A stretch of 64,000 nt of DNA from Chlamydiota bacterium (GTDB taxonomy: Bacteria; Chlamydiota; Chlamydiia; Chlamydiales; SM23-39): the NCBI GenBank assembly GCA_048498835.1, contig JBEHXF010000001.1, positions 42,932 through 106,931 on the forward strand, read 5' to 3'. How positions within the stretch are numbered: the stretch's first letter is position 1; each line of letters opens with the position of its first letter. Shown in pieces: positions 1-7,697 of the stretch. The notes below the pieces were generated by a model that had not been told where the DNA came from, searched no databases, and saw only the letters and a list, made by a program, of their open reading frames with translations. The position numbers and the translations under genes were made by a program.

Positions 1-579
1 TGCTCTGTGATGTGGATAGGCGCTATTTTCCCCGAATGCGATGATCGGCTCAAAGGAGAGTCCCGAAGCGCCATGTTTTCGAACAAACATCTCAAATTCT
101 AAAGCCAATTCTTCTTCGGCGATTCCCTCCGTAAGCATACCAGCAATGTGTCGGTAGCCTCTCCAAGTCAAATCAGCCGCACGCTTCAAAGCAGCAATTT
201 CCTCCCCATCTTTAACGCCGCGATGAAGCTTTAATAAGCCACTCATCGGAGAAAATTCGATCCCTTCCGCCATCTTCTTCAAATTCTCAAAGCGATCATA
301 ACTCGTCGCCGCGCTATCGAAATCGACACGTCTGATCTCGTTATCGCGCAAAAAACGAGCCGGAGACTCTGAATCCAACAATCGCACCGTACACGGAGCC
401 TCTTTCGTCGCCTTTGAGAAATAACGACCATCCACATACAACACCGCCTCATTTGCCGTTACAGCAAGCAACCCTTTCGACATCTGCAAGCCCGTTAAAT
501 AGAACAAATCGACAGGCGATTCAATCAGCGCAGCTTCTGATCTCAAATGTTTTTGCAGTATAGCTATCCGAGAATTCAT
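1..579 (-). CDS. pepP: Xaa-Pro aminopeptidase / prolidase (M24B), N-terminal 193 codons. The ORF runs off the left edge and is absent from the supplied ORF track.
   Basis: My own minus-strand translation from ATG 579..577 gives MNSRIAILQKHLRSEAALIESPVDLFYLTGLQMSKGLLAVTANEAVLYVDGRYFSKATKEAPCTV...LSFEPIIAFGENSAYPHHRA. This shows a creatinase/prolidase N-domain followed by the start of the pita-bread domain. The start overlaps the mutL stop (ATGA at 576..579). Confidence 0.7.
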   Translation of the reverse strand, partial: MNSRIAILQKHLRSEAALIESPVDLFYLTGLQMSKGLLAVTANEAVLYVDGRYFSKATKEAPCTVRLLDSESPARFLRDNEIRRVDFDSAATSYDRFENLKKMAEGIEFSPMSGLLKLHRGVKDGEEIAALKRAADLTWRGYRHIAGMLTEGIAEEELALEFEMFVRKHGASGLSFEPIIAFGENSAYPHHRA

Positions 580-2132
580 ACGAAAAACTCCGCGAGTTGA
601 TCTTCAGTAAGAGATACCACGATTTTCCTGCCGAGCGGATCATATTTTTGATCCACGCAAGATTGTAACCTACGCCAGATAGCAGAAGCTTCCTCCAACG
701 AAAACTTCCGACTCGATGCGCGGCAAATACGCGTAAGGGACGCCGCCAAGCGCCGTTCAGTTTTATTGGCCCCATATTGCTGGATAAACGATTCCAGATA
801 GGCTGTCTCCAAACCAACGGGCACTGCATCGATTGCCAGCCTCTTTTTCCCCATTGCCCGCGCTTCAATTCCAATCCCACTCAATAATTCAACCAGCCTT
901 TCCGCCTCTTCACCAGGACCTAGTTGCATTTCATGAGGCCATAAAAGTGGCTGCATCAAAGGTTTTGGCTTCTCCATCTCCTCAAACAAAATCCGCGCTT
1001 CAGCGCCACGTAAATCGACCAACTTCCACGGCCGATCTTCGAGCAGCAAAAAATCCCCTAACAGCGCGATCGGCTTCGCCTTCTCGACAATCGGCAAAAC
1101 GACCTCCTGCGAAATCACCGGGGCATCATCAATGACAAACGGCATAACGGTGGCTGGAGTAAATTCCCACGGCATTGGCGCAATCTTCGGCTCTTCCTTC
1201 GCAAACACCGCCTCCACTGCTGCACGAACAACCTGATATAATTTCCCTTCCTCTCGAAAGCGCACTTCCTTCTTTTGCGGATGAACGTTTACATCCACTT
1301 CTTCAGGCGCGACATCGATAAAGAGCAAAAAGACGGGAAATAGAGCCTCACCAATTCTCGTCCCAAACGCCTCTTTCACTGCGCGAGAAACCAAATGCGA
1401 AGTAATCGGCCGTTGATTGACAAAGAGAGTCTGTCCGCTCCGATTCAATTTCGCCTCTTGCGGCTGCCCTACCAATCCTCGAACACCCGGCCCCTTTACC
1501 TCGTGCGCAAAAGGGCCTAATACCTCTTCGGCCCGTCTTTTCCAATCGGTGGCCTTGCAAGAAAAAACAAGCTTCCCATTTGACAACAGGCTAAATCCCA
1601 CATCCGGATGCGCGAGCGAAATCGTCTGCACCGTTCGCAGTACTGCCGCCGCGCAGGCAGAAGGGGATTTTTGAAACTTCAATCGCGCCGGAGTATTCGA
1701 AAATAAAGATCGGATCTCAATCGTCGTTCCACGATTTCTCGCGCACGGTTCCACAATCGAGCCACACAATCGCGTCGTCTCTTTGCCATTCGACGTTCTC
1801 AATTCAAGCTGCGAAACAGAAGCGATTGCCGCCAATGCCTCACCCCGAAATCCCATCGTCATCAATTTCTGCAAATCGTCCGCAGAGCGAATTTTCGAAG
1901 TCGCATGGCGCTTCAAACAGATCAAAGCATCATTTCGGCTCATTCCACAGCCGTCATCTTCAATCTGAATCCTCTGCAATCCACCCGCCTCAATCTCTAC
2001 ATTGATTTGACGCGCGCCCGCATCGAGAGAGTTTTCAAGCATCTCCTTCACAGCGGAAGCGGGATGCTCAAGCACCTCTCCTGCGGCAATTTGATCGACC
2101 ACTAAATCAGGTAAAACAAAAATTGTATCCAT
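576..2132 (-). CDS. mutL: DNA mismatch repair protein MutL
   Basis: GHKL ATPase motifs are present: IAAGEVLEHPASAVKEMLENSLDAGA, DDGCGM and GFRGEALAAI. The track start at 2408 is replaced by ATG 2132..2130 (MDTIFVLPD), where the conserved N-terminus begins. The longer form would overlap the divergent porin gene. Confidence 0.9.
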   Translation of the reverse strand: MDTIFVLPDLVVDQIAAGEVLEHPASAVKEMLENSLDAGARQINVEIEAGGLQRIQIEDDGCGMSRNDALICLKRHATSKIRSADDLQKLMTMGFRGEALAAIASVSQLELRTSNGKETTRLCGSIVEPCARNRGTTIEIRSLFSNTPARLKFQKSPSACAAAVLRTVQTISLAHPDVGFSLLSNGKLVFSCKATDWKRRAEEVLGPFAHEVKGPGVRGLVGQPQEAKLNRSGQTLFVNQRPITSHLVSRAVKEAFGTRIGEALFPVFLLFIDVAPEEVDVNVHPQKKEVRFREEGKLYQVVRAAVEAVFAKEEPKIAPMPWEFTPATVMPFVIDDAPVISQEVVLPIVEKAKPIALLGDFLLLEDRPWKLVDLRGAEARILFEEMEKPKPLMQPLLWPHEMQLGPGEEAERLVELLSGIGIEARAMGKKRLAIDAVPVGLETAYLESFIQQYGANKTERRLAASLTRICRASSRKFSLEEASAIWRRLQSCVDQKYDPLGRKIVVSLTEDQLAEFFV

Positions 2133-2157
2133 TGCATCTACTATAGCAAAATCACCG

Positions 2158-2175
2158 GTTGGAGTATACTCCAAC
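2158..2175. promoter_or_regulatory. Perfect 18-bp palindrome GTTGGAGTATACTCCAAC ending 2 nt before the porin start codon
   Basis: The sequence equals its own reverse complement. It contains the only GGAG Shine-Dalgarno-like element in the 45-nt mutL/porin divergent spacer. It could be a dimeric-regulator operator or an SD-sequestering 5'UTR hairpin. Confidence 0.5.
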
Positions 2176-2177
2176 AC

Positions 2178-2978
2178 ATGCGCATACTTTTTTTTCTCAT
2201 CTTCTTCATCGCCTCGCTCCACGCCACTTACATTGGCAATCCCGCCGGTCCTGCGATTATGAACACCGGGTTTTTCAGCCTGCGCAATCCGCTGATTAAA
2301 GGCACCACCGGCTACTACGGCGACTATATTTCCGACATGCGCTTTGTCCCGACGAAAGGTACTTCCGAATTTGAAGCGGCTAACTCGTTCCGCCAATTCG
2401 GTCTCCATTCACAAATGGCCACCGCTTCTGTCATTTTCATGGAACGGATCGAGTTTTTCGGATCTGCTGGCGGCTCCAAAGAACATGCAAAATTTTCTGA
2501 AAAACCAACCATAAACGAAATTTCTGAAGAGCTCCTCGATTTTCACAGCACCTACACATTTTCCTGGGCGGCCGGAACCCGTATCGTTCTTCTACAGTGG
2601 TGGAGAGCCTACCTCAGTACCGATTTCACCTATTTTCAGGTTCCCTCATCCAGCCAATCGTATTTTAAATTTCTCAACCGCCTCAATCTGCCTCTAGAGA
2701 CCGAAAAGCAAACCTTCTCCATCGACGAATGGCAAATTTGCCTCGCTCTCTCTGCTCGATTTTTCTTCATAACTCCTTACGGAGGAGGTACTTACATGCA
2801 TTCCAAGCTCAATATCCACTCTGGCCCTGGCATCCCGCCCCTTTATTACACCAATAAAGAGCCCTGGGGCTATTTCTATGGCTTCACCATCTCTCTCACC
2901 GGCCGCTTCCACCTCAACTTCGAGCGGCGAATGCGCGATGAATTTGCCTATTCATTTGCCACGATCGCTGTCTTTTAA
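2178..2978 (+). CDS. Short MOMP-family (chlamydial major outer membrane protein-like) beta-barrel porin
   Basis: It has a signal peptide (MRILFFLIFFIASLHA). MOMP-like blocks are GNPAGPAIM (cf. GNPAEPSLM), GYYGDYISD (cf. GYYGDFVFD) and SVIFMERIEFFGSAGGS. The C-terminus ends in aromatic ...ATIAVF. Confidence 0.7.
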   Translation: MRILFFLIFFIASLHATYIGNPAGPAIMNTGFFSLRNPLIKGTTGYYGDYISDMRFVPTKGTSEFEAANSFRQFGLHSQMATASVIFMERIEFFGSAGGSKEHAKFSEKPTINEISEELLDFHSTYTFSWAAGTRIVLLQWWRAYLSTDFTYFQVPSSSQSYFKFLNRLNLPLETEKQTFSIDEWQICLALSARFFFITPYGGGTYMHSKLNIHSGPGIPPLYYTNKEPWGYFYGFTISLTGRFHLNFERRMRDEFAYSFATIAVF

Positions 2979-2992
2979 TTACAGTGGTGTTT

Positions 2993-4195
2993 ATGGATGA
3001 GCACCCACAGGCACGTAAAATCGTCGAAACACTGACAAAAGCAGGCTTTGTCGCCTATTATGCAGGCGGCTGGGTTCGCGACTTCCTTCTCAATCACCCA
3101 TCTGACGATATCGATATCGCCACCAACGCGCCACCCGAAACCATCCAAGCCCTCTTTCCTAAAACAGTCCCAATCGGCCTCGCCTTTGGCATCATCCTCG
3201 TCCTCATCGACGGACACCAATATGAAGTAGCGACCTTTCGGCAAGACCTCGACTACAAAGATGGACGGCGCCCCTCGCGCATCGAATATACAACAGCCGA
3301 AGAAGATGCAAAACGGCGCGACTTCACCATCAATGGAATGTTTTACGATCCGCTAAAAAAAGAAATTCTCGATTTTGTGAATGGGCAAATCGATCTCGAT
3401 AAAAAACTCATTCGAGCGATCGGCAATCCCCACGAGCGAATTAAAGAAGATCGCCTCCGGATGATCCGCGCTGTCCGCCTCGGCTGCCGCTTCAACTTCG
3501 CCATCGATCCCGCTACAGAACAAGCGATCCGCGCCCACGCTTCAGAACTTTTCCCTGCCGTCGCTATTGAGCGGATCGTTCAAGAGTTTGAAAAAGGGCT
3601 CGCCTTCGGCAAACTGAGACCCATGCTCATTCAGCTACACGACTTCGGCCTTCTCGCCTCGATTTTCCCCTCTCTTAAAAACACCCCTCTCGCTGAAATC
3701 GAACGCCGCCTCGAACCGCTCAAACATTTTCCCAAAGACGCGCCCCTCATCGCCTCTCTACTGGAACTCTTTCCCCAAGATCCACTCGATCTTCCTAAAA
3801 AACTCAAACTCTCCTCGCACGACCAGCAATTCGCAACCTTCCTCCACCTGGCAAAAAATCAAGATCGCTCCCTCTATGAATGGGCCCATTTTTACGCCAA
3901 TCCCTTCTCTTCTCTCATCCTCCAAATCCTCGCAGCCCATCTCGACGAACACCAGCGAGCCTCCTTCCTTAAAACCCACAAAGAGAGAAAAGCTCTCCTT
4001 CATCCCTCCATTCTCCGCATTCAGAACCACGATCCACTCGTTAAGTCAGACGATCTTCTCGCTCTCGGCGTCAAACCGAGCAAGCAAATGGGGATTCTCC
4101 TCCGTGAAGCCGAACAAATTTCGATCAACGAGCAGCTCCAGGACAAACACGCAGTCCTTCACAAGCTGAAACAACATTCAGCTTGGCCCGCATGA
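2993..4195 (+). CDS. cca: CCA-adding enzyme / tRNA nucleotidyltransferase (poly(A) polymerase family)
   Basis: Motifs seen are GGWVRDFLLNHPSDDIDIAT, RRDFTINGMFYD and EDRLRMIRAVRL. The track start is a GTG at 2984; the first ATG is at 2993. Confidence 0.85.
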   Translation: MDEHPQARKIVETLTKAGFVAYYAGGWVRDFLLNHPSDDIDIATNAPPETIQALFPKTVPIGLAFGIILVLIDGHQYEVATFRQDLDYKDGRRPSRIEYTTAEEDAKRRDFTINGMFYDPLKKEILDFVNGQIDLDKKLIRAIGNPHERIKEDRLRMIRAVRLGCRFNFAIDPATEQAIRAHASELFPAVAIERIVQEFEKGLAFGKLRPMLIQLHDFGLLASIFPSLKNTPLAEIERRLEPLKHFPKDAPLIASLLELFPQDPLDLPKKLKLSSHDQQFATFLHLAKNQDRSLYEWAHFYANPFSSLILQILAAHLDEHQRASFLKTHKERKALLHPSILRIQNHDPLVKSDDLLALGVKPSKQMGILLREAEQISINEQLQDKHAVLHKLKQHSAWPA

Positions 4196-5097
4196 CCCCG
4201 CATAAAGCCCAAAAGCTTCCTCTCAAACAACTCAAATGGGAAAAAATCATTCCCTTTTTAGGTCCCGCCCACCGAGCTTTAGGCCACCTCGATGAAGCGA
4301 GCCGCGATCTTCCCTTCGCTCTCTTCGAAACCTCTGTCTGGGAAGAAGCTGTTTACTCTGCTTTTGTGAAAGGAAGCGCCAAAGATGTTCTATTAAAAAA
4401 AACTCCATCTGAAAAAATCGATCTGATCAAAAAAGCGCTCGACAAAGTCATCCACTCCTCTTCTCCACTCAATACCCGCCTTCTTTGCCAAATACATGCC
4501 ATTACCAAACAAAATGGGCCAAGCCGCAAAGATATCGGTCGCATCCGGACCCGTCAAAATTGGATTGGTACAGAAGGATGTCCCATTGAAGAGGCCTATT
4601 TTCTCCCGCCTCCGCCCAAGCAAATGAAGCCTCTTCTCAACAATCTACAAACCTACATCCGCAGCAAAGAAAGCGATCCTCTCGTCCAATGCGCTCTCTA
4701 TTTTGCCCAGCTTCTGATCATCCACCCTTTTATGGATGGAAATGGCCGCGTAGCCCGCATCCTCATTCCCTATTTCATCCGCAAGAAAAAGCTGCTGCAC
4801 CATCCCATTCTCTTTCTCAGCCGCTATTTTGAAGAAAACCGACTTGCCTACTTTCAAAAGCTCTTTCATCTATCTGATAAAAAGGATTGGGAAGACTGGA
4901 TCATCTATTTTTTAAATGGTGTGACGCAATCGGCTTTAGCGATGAAAAATCGAGCAGACAGTTTAAGAAACCTCTATGAAAAATATCCCGATCCTTCACT
5001 CTTTAAAAAACCGGTTCTAGGGAAACCAAAGACAGGGATGATAAAGGGAGAAGAGGGACTCTACTATTTCAAGTCCCTCTTGGATCTAATCGACTAA
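4192..5097 (+). CDS. Fic-domain protein (predicted AMP-transferase) with a Fic_N-type N-terminus
   Basis: The canonical Fic motif HPFMDGNGRVAR lies at 4723..4758. ATG 4192 overlaps the cca stop (ATGA). The position of the inhibitory [S/T]xxxE[G/N] motif reads SAFVKG (4357..4374). Confidence 0.85.
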   Translation: MTPHKAQKLPLKQLKWEKIIPFLGPAHRALGHLDEASRDLPFALFETSVWEEAVYSAFVKGSAKDVLLKKTPSEKIDLIKKALDKVIHSSSPLNTRLLCQIHAITKQNGPSRKDIGRIRTRQNWIGTEGCPIEEAYFLPPPPKQMKPLLNNLQTYIRSKESDPLVQCALYFAQLLIIHPFMDGNGRVARILIPYFIRKKKLLHHPILFLSRYFEENRLAYFQKLFHLSDKKDWEDWIIYFLNGVTQSALAMKNRADSLRNLYEKYPDPSLFKKPVLGKPKTGMIKGEEGLYYFKSLLDLID

Positions 5098-5298
5098 TTA
5101 CTCAGCTTGCTGGATTTCGCCGCCTGTTCCGCTCATTTTCATTTTATGAGCTGAAGTTTTGCGTTTGCGGCTTGTCTTTCTTTTTTTAACAGCTGCTTTC
5201 ACTTTTCTTTTTACTTTGCGAACAGCTTTTTTTACTTTCGCGACTTTTTTCTTAACCGCTTTTTTTACTGTCGCTTTTTTTCTTTTTCGTGCTGCCAT
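5098..5298 (-). CDS. Small lysine/arginine-rich histone H1-like (Hc-like) DNA-binding protein, 66 aa
   Basis: The sequence is MAARKRKKATVKKAVKKKVAKVKKAVRKVKRKVKAAVKKRKTSRKRKTS..., with an AGGAGA SD upstream. Its composition resembles chlamydial Hc1/Hc2 basic tails. Confidence 0.55.
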   Translation of the reverse strand: MAARKRKKATVKKAVKKKVAKVKKAVRKVKRKVKAAVKKRKTSRKRKTSAHKMKMSGTGGEIQQAE

Positions 5299-5321
5299 AC
5301 ATTCTCCTGTGGTGGTTCAAT

Positions 5322-5350
5322 AAAAAAGGCCCGAGAAAAAATCCCGAGCC
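5322..5350 (-). terminator. Strand-specific intrinsic terminator downstream of the 61-aa basic protein gene
   Basis: The minus-strand RNA GGCUCGGG-AUUUUUU-CUCGGGCC forms an 8-bp stem (6 GC plus 2 GU pairs) followed by UUUUUUAUU. The plus-strand RNA cannot form the stem. Confidence 0.5.
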
Positions 5351-5365
5351 TAAAATCTTTTGGAT

Positions 5366-5551
5366 TTAGAGCGATTTAATTTTTTTAACGATCTTTTTTT
5401 CCATCTTGACGATCGCGTCTTTGAAGCTCACAGCTTTTTTCTTAATTTTTTTGGCTGTCGAGGTTTTTCTCGTCTTTCTGACTTTGTGAGTTTTTCTTTT
5501 CTTTGTTGTTCTTTTTTTTGCGGTTGTTTTTCTCTTTCTGCGAACTGCCAT
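5366..5551 (-). CDS. Small lysine/arginine-rich histone H1-like protein, 61 aa (tandem partner of 5098..5298)
   Basis: The sequence is MAVRRKRKTTAKKRTTKKRKTHKVRKTRKTSTAKKIKKKAVSFKDAIVKMEKKIVKKIKSL, with an AGGAGA SD upstream. It shares KKRKT/RKTS repeats with its neighbour. Confidence 0.5.
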   Translation of the reverse strand: MAVRRKRKTTAKKRTTKKRKTHKVRKTRKTSTAKKIKKKAVSFKDAIVKMEKKIVKKIKSL

Positions 5552-5637
5552 AATTATCTCCTAGGTACAGCTAATTCAACGCTTGCACCAAATGAGATTA
5601 TTTTCGCAACAAAATTGGATAAAATATTTTAAAAACC

Positions 5638-6117
5638 CTATTCAGAAGCAACAGGGGACGAAGTTCTTTGCCGAACATTTCGCTCATTTGGCTTAAGATC
5701 CCTTGCTCGACGACCCAAAACAGGGCTAGGGGAGGAAGCTAAAGGCTCATGACTCCTCAACCGAGACAATCGAAAAGCGCTTGAACGTTTTGAATGATCA
5801 GTACAATCGAATACGATGATAGGAAACTCTAGCAAAGACTTGTTATTGTCTTGTTTGGCAAAATCCAGACAGATAAATTTTTTCCCCACTTGCCGATTTC
5901 CCATCCAGTCTTGAAAAACAATTTGGCATTTATGCAAAGCTCTTAAGGCCAACTGATTGAATTTGCCGCTTGCGACAGTTGCGTTTGGTTTACATTTGAT
6001 CTTAACATATTTGCTATAGGCATCTTCAATAGGCTCGGGAGATAAAACTGTAAAAGCAAAGTCTCCCTTACAAAAAGAAGGGTGATAAGTAAAATCACGG
6101 GAAAAGGGCAAAGTCAT
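5638..6117 (-). CDS. Hypothetical protein, 159 aa, with a Ser/Pro/Arg-rich disordered C-terminus. It lies 14 nt downstream of rsbU.
   Basis: This is a long ORF with no competing ORF, and I recognise no motif in it. Its position suggests co-transcription with rsbU. Confidence 0.4.
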   Translation of the reverse strand: MTLPFSRDFTYHPSFCKGDFAFTVLSPEPIEDAYSKYVKIKCKPNATVASGKFNQLALRALHKCQIVFQDWMGNRQVGKKFICLDFAKQDNNKSLLEFPIIVFDCTDHSKRSSAFRLSRLRSHEPLASSPSPVLGRRARDLKPNERNVRQRTSSPVASE

Positions 6118-6131
6118 AATCGGCGGAGATT

Positions 6132-7688
6132 TTACTCTAAAATAGAGTTGCGATCTACCTTTTCAAGCCAAAGGAGAGCCAAATCGTCTTGCTGAGGAGC
6201 TTCTTGGCTAAATTTCCGAATTGCATCGAGGAGTTGATTCACCGACGCACTGGGAGAACCGGTTTTCACCTTTAAAAATGACTCTTTTAACCGCTCCATT
6301 CCATACAGTCTCTGATCGGCGTCATGCGCTTCGGTCACTCCATCGGTATAGAGAAGAATCACATCCCCCGGTTCCAGAAGAACAGAGCCTGTTTTAATCG
6401 GCCGGAAAGTCTCCAACCCAAAAGCCGGATGGCCTGTGCTTAACTCAACCAGCTCGTGCCCTCTTTTTAAAAGAGCTGGCGGATGGCCAAAACTCGCGTA
6501 AGCTAACTGCCGTCCATCATAGATGCCGAGCCAAAGGGTCGCAAAATATCCGCTCTCCTTGACATCGAGCAAAAACAACTCGTTTGCCTGACGTGCCAAC
6601 TGACTCAAATCATGAGTCGCTTCTGCCAAAGAGCGAAGCGAACTCCTCAATCCCAAAGAAAAAAGGCAGGCCGAAATCCCTTTTCCCGAAACATCTCCCA
6701 TCGCAATCAAAACCTTTCCCGATGAGAGGGGATGCACATCATAAAAATCGCCGCTCACCTCTTTTGCGGGAAGATAGCCCGGCGCCATCTTCAAACCGTG
6801 AGTAGAAGCGAGCTGCGTCGGCAAAAGACTCGCCTGAATTTCCTGTCCGATCTTTAACTCATAAGCTAACTTTTCTCGCTCGATTTTCTCATGCTGCGCT
6901 TCTTTTTGATGGGCGAGAACTTGATCGAGTGTCGTATTGAACTCCTTCCCAATCCCATTGATCTCAAAACCCCAAGCCATCGGCGTATAACGACTATGCA
7001 CCGCCCCAGCTCCCACTCGCTCCATCGTCAAACGCAAGCTCACGAGCGGTCGGTTCAATTTCCGGATCAACCAATAGAGAATTGCCCCTCCGAAAATAAA
7101 CACAATCGCAAGAAACGAACCGATGCGAAATAGCAACCGCGACCATTGCAAATCACCAATCCGCTCGGCCGAAGTACCCGCCGTCAAAACAAGTCCCGGT
7201 ACAATCGGAAACGATTCGGTCCACTGATCATTTCCCGCTAACCCATTGCCCAAACTTAAATCGATGGGGAAGGGGCTCTGCTGCAAAACAAGCAAATCTT
7301 TCAGCGGGTGAGCGATAACATGTCCTGTGCCAGGCCCCGTCTTTTTCCCCACTAAAAGAGCCTTTTGCTTCTCGCTGACCAGGACAAAATGGTCGCCCAT
7401 TTCTTTTGAAAACAGGAGCTTTTGGATCTGAAAGGCTTTGATCAGAGCCGGCGTTTCGGCATCCAAAATTTTCCAATCATAGACGATTCGCTGTCCGATT
7501 TGCTCCGCCAGCGTCGCCCCCATCCCACGCATCGCAGAGCGAATGTCACCCTCTTCGAGTTCAATCTCACGGTCATAGAGTAAAAAAGTGTGGATCAAAA
7601 GAGGTAAAACAAGCACGCTCAGGCAAACGAGTAAGACCCGTCTGACCAGGCTTCCTGAGAGGGTGATCTTTTTTTCTAATTTAGGCAT
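6132..7688 (-). CDS. rsbU: RsbU-type membrane sensor PP2C (SpoIIE-family) serine phosphatase
   Basis: It has an N-terminal TM segment, a roughly 150-aa extracytoplasmic domain, a second TM segment and a HAMP-like linker. C-terminal PP2C motifs are GDFYDV, GDVSGKGISA, LLYTDGVTEA and QDDLALLWL. Confidence 0.85.
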   Translation of the reverse strand: MPKLEKKITLSGSLVRRVLLVCLSVLVLPLLIHTFLLYDREIELEEGDIRSAMRGMGATLAEQIGQRIVYDWKILDAETPALIKAFQIQKLLFSKEMGDHFVLVSEKQKALLVGKKTGPGTGHVIAHPLKDLLVLQQSPFPIDLSLGNGLAGNDQWTESFPIVPGLVLTAGTSAERIGDLQWSRLLFRIGSFLAIVFIFGGAILYWLIRKLNRPLVSLRLTMERVGAGAVHSRYTPMAWGFEINGIGKEFNTTLDQVLAHQKEAQHEKIEREKLAYELKIGQEIQASLLPTQLASTHGLKMAPGYLPAKEVSGDFYDVHPLSSGKVLIAMGDVSGKGISACLFSLGLRSSLRSLAEATHDLSQLARQANELFLLDVKESGYFATLWLGIYDGRQLAYASFGHPPALLKRGHELVELSTGHPAFGLETFRPIKTGSVLLEPGDVILLYTDGVTEAHDADQRLYGMERLKESFLKVKTGSPSASVNQLLDAIRKFSQEAPQQDDLALLWLEKVDRNSILE

Positions 7689-7697
7689 ACTAGTTGC

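Noticed and set aside
521-880. 119-aa minus-strand ORF, plus several 60-100 aa ORFs on both strands within 833..2105
   Set aside because: They lie entirely inside the well-supported mutL and pepP reading frames in other frames. They have biased, low-complexity composition (Arg/Ser/Pro-rich) typical of shadow ORFs.
2133-2408. N-terminal 92-codon extension of the mutL ORF given in the ORF track (start 2408)
   Set aside because: The conserved MutL N-terminus begins at MDTIFVLPD (ATG 2132). The extension has no MutL similarity and would overlap the signal-peptide region of the divergent porin gene.
5360-5632. 90-aa plus-strand ORF (Phe/Cys/Ser-rich) opposite the 61-aa basic protein gene
   Set aside because: It is the complement of a Lys-codon (AAA/AAG) run, which gives Phe/Leu-rich nonsense. 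It has no SD, and the minus-strand ORF has a good SD and a terminator. The choice between strands still deserves expression data.
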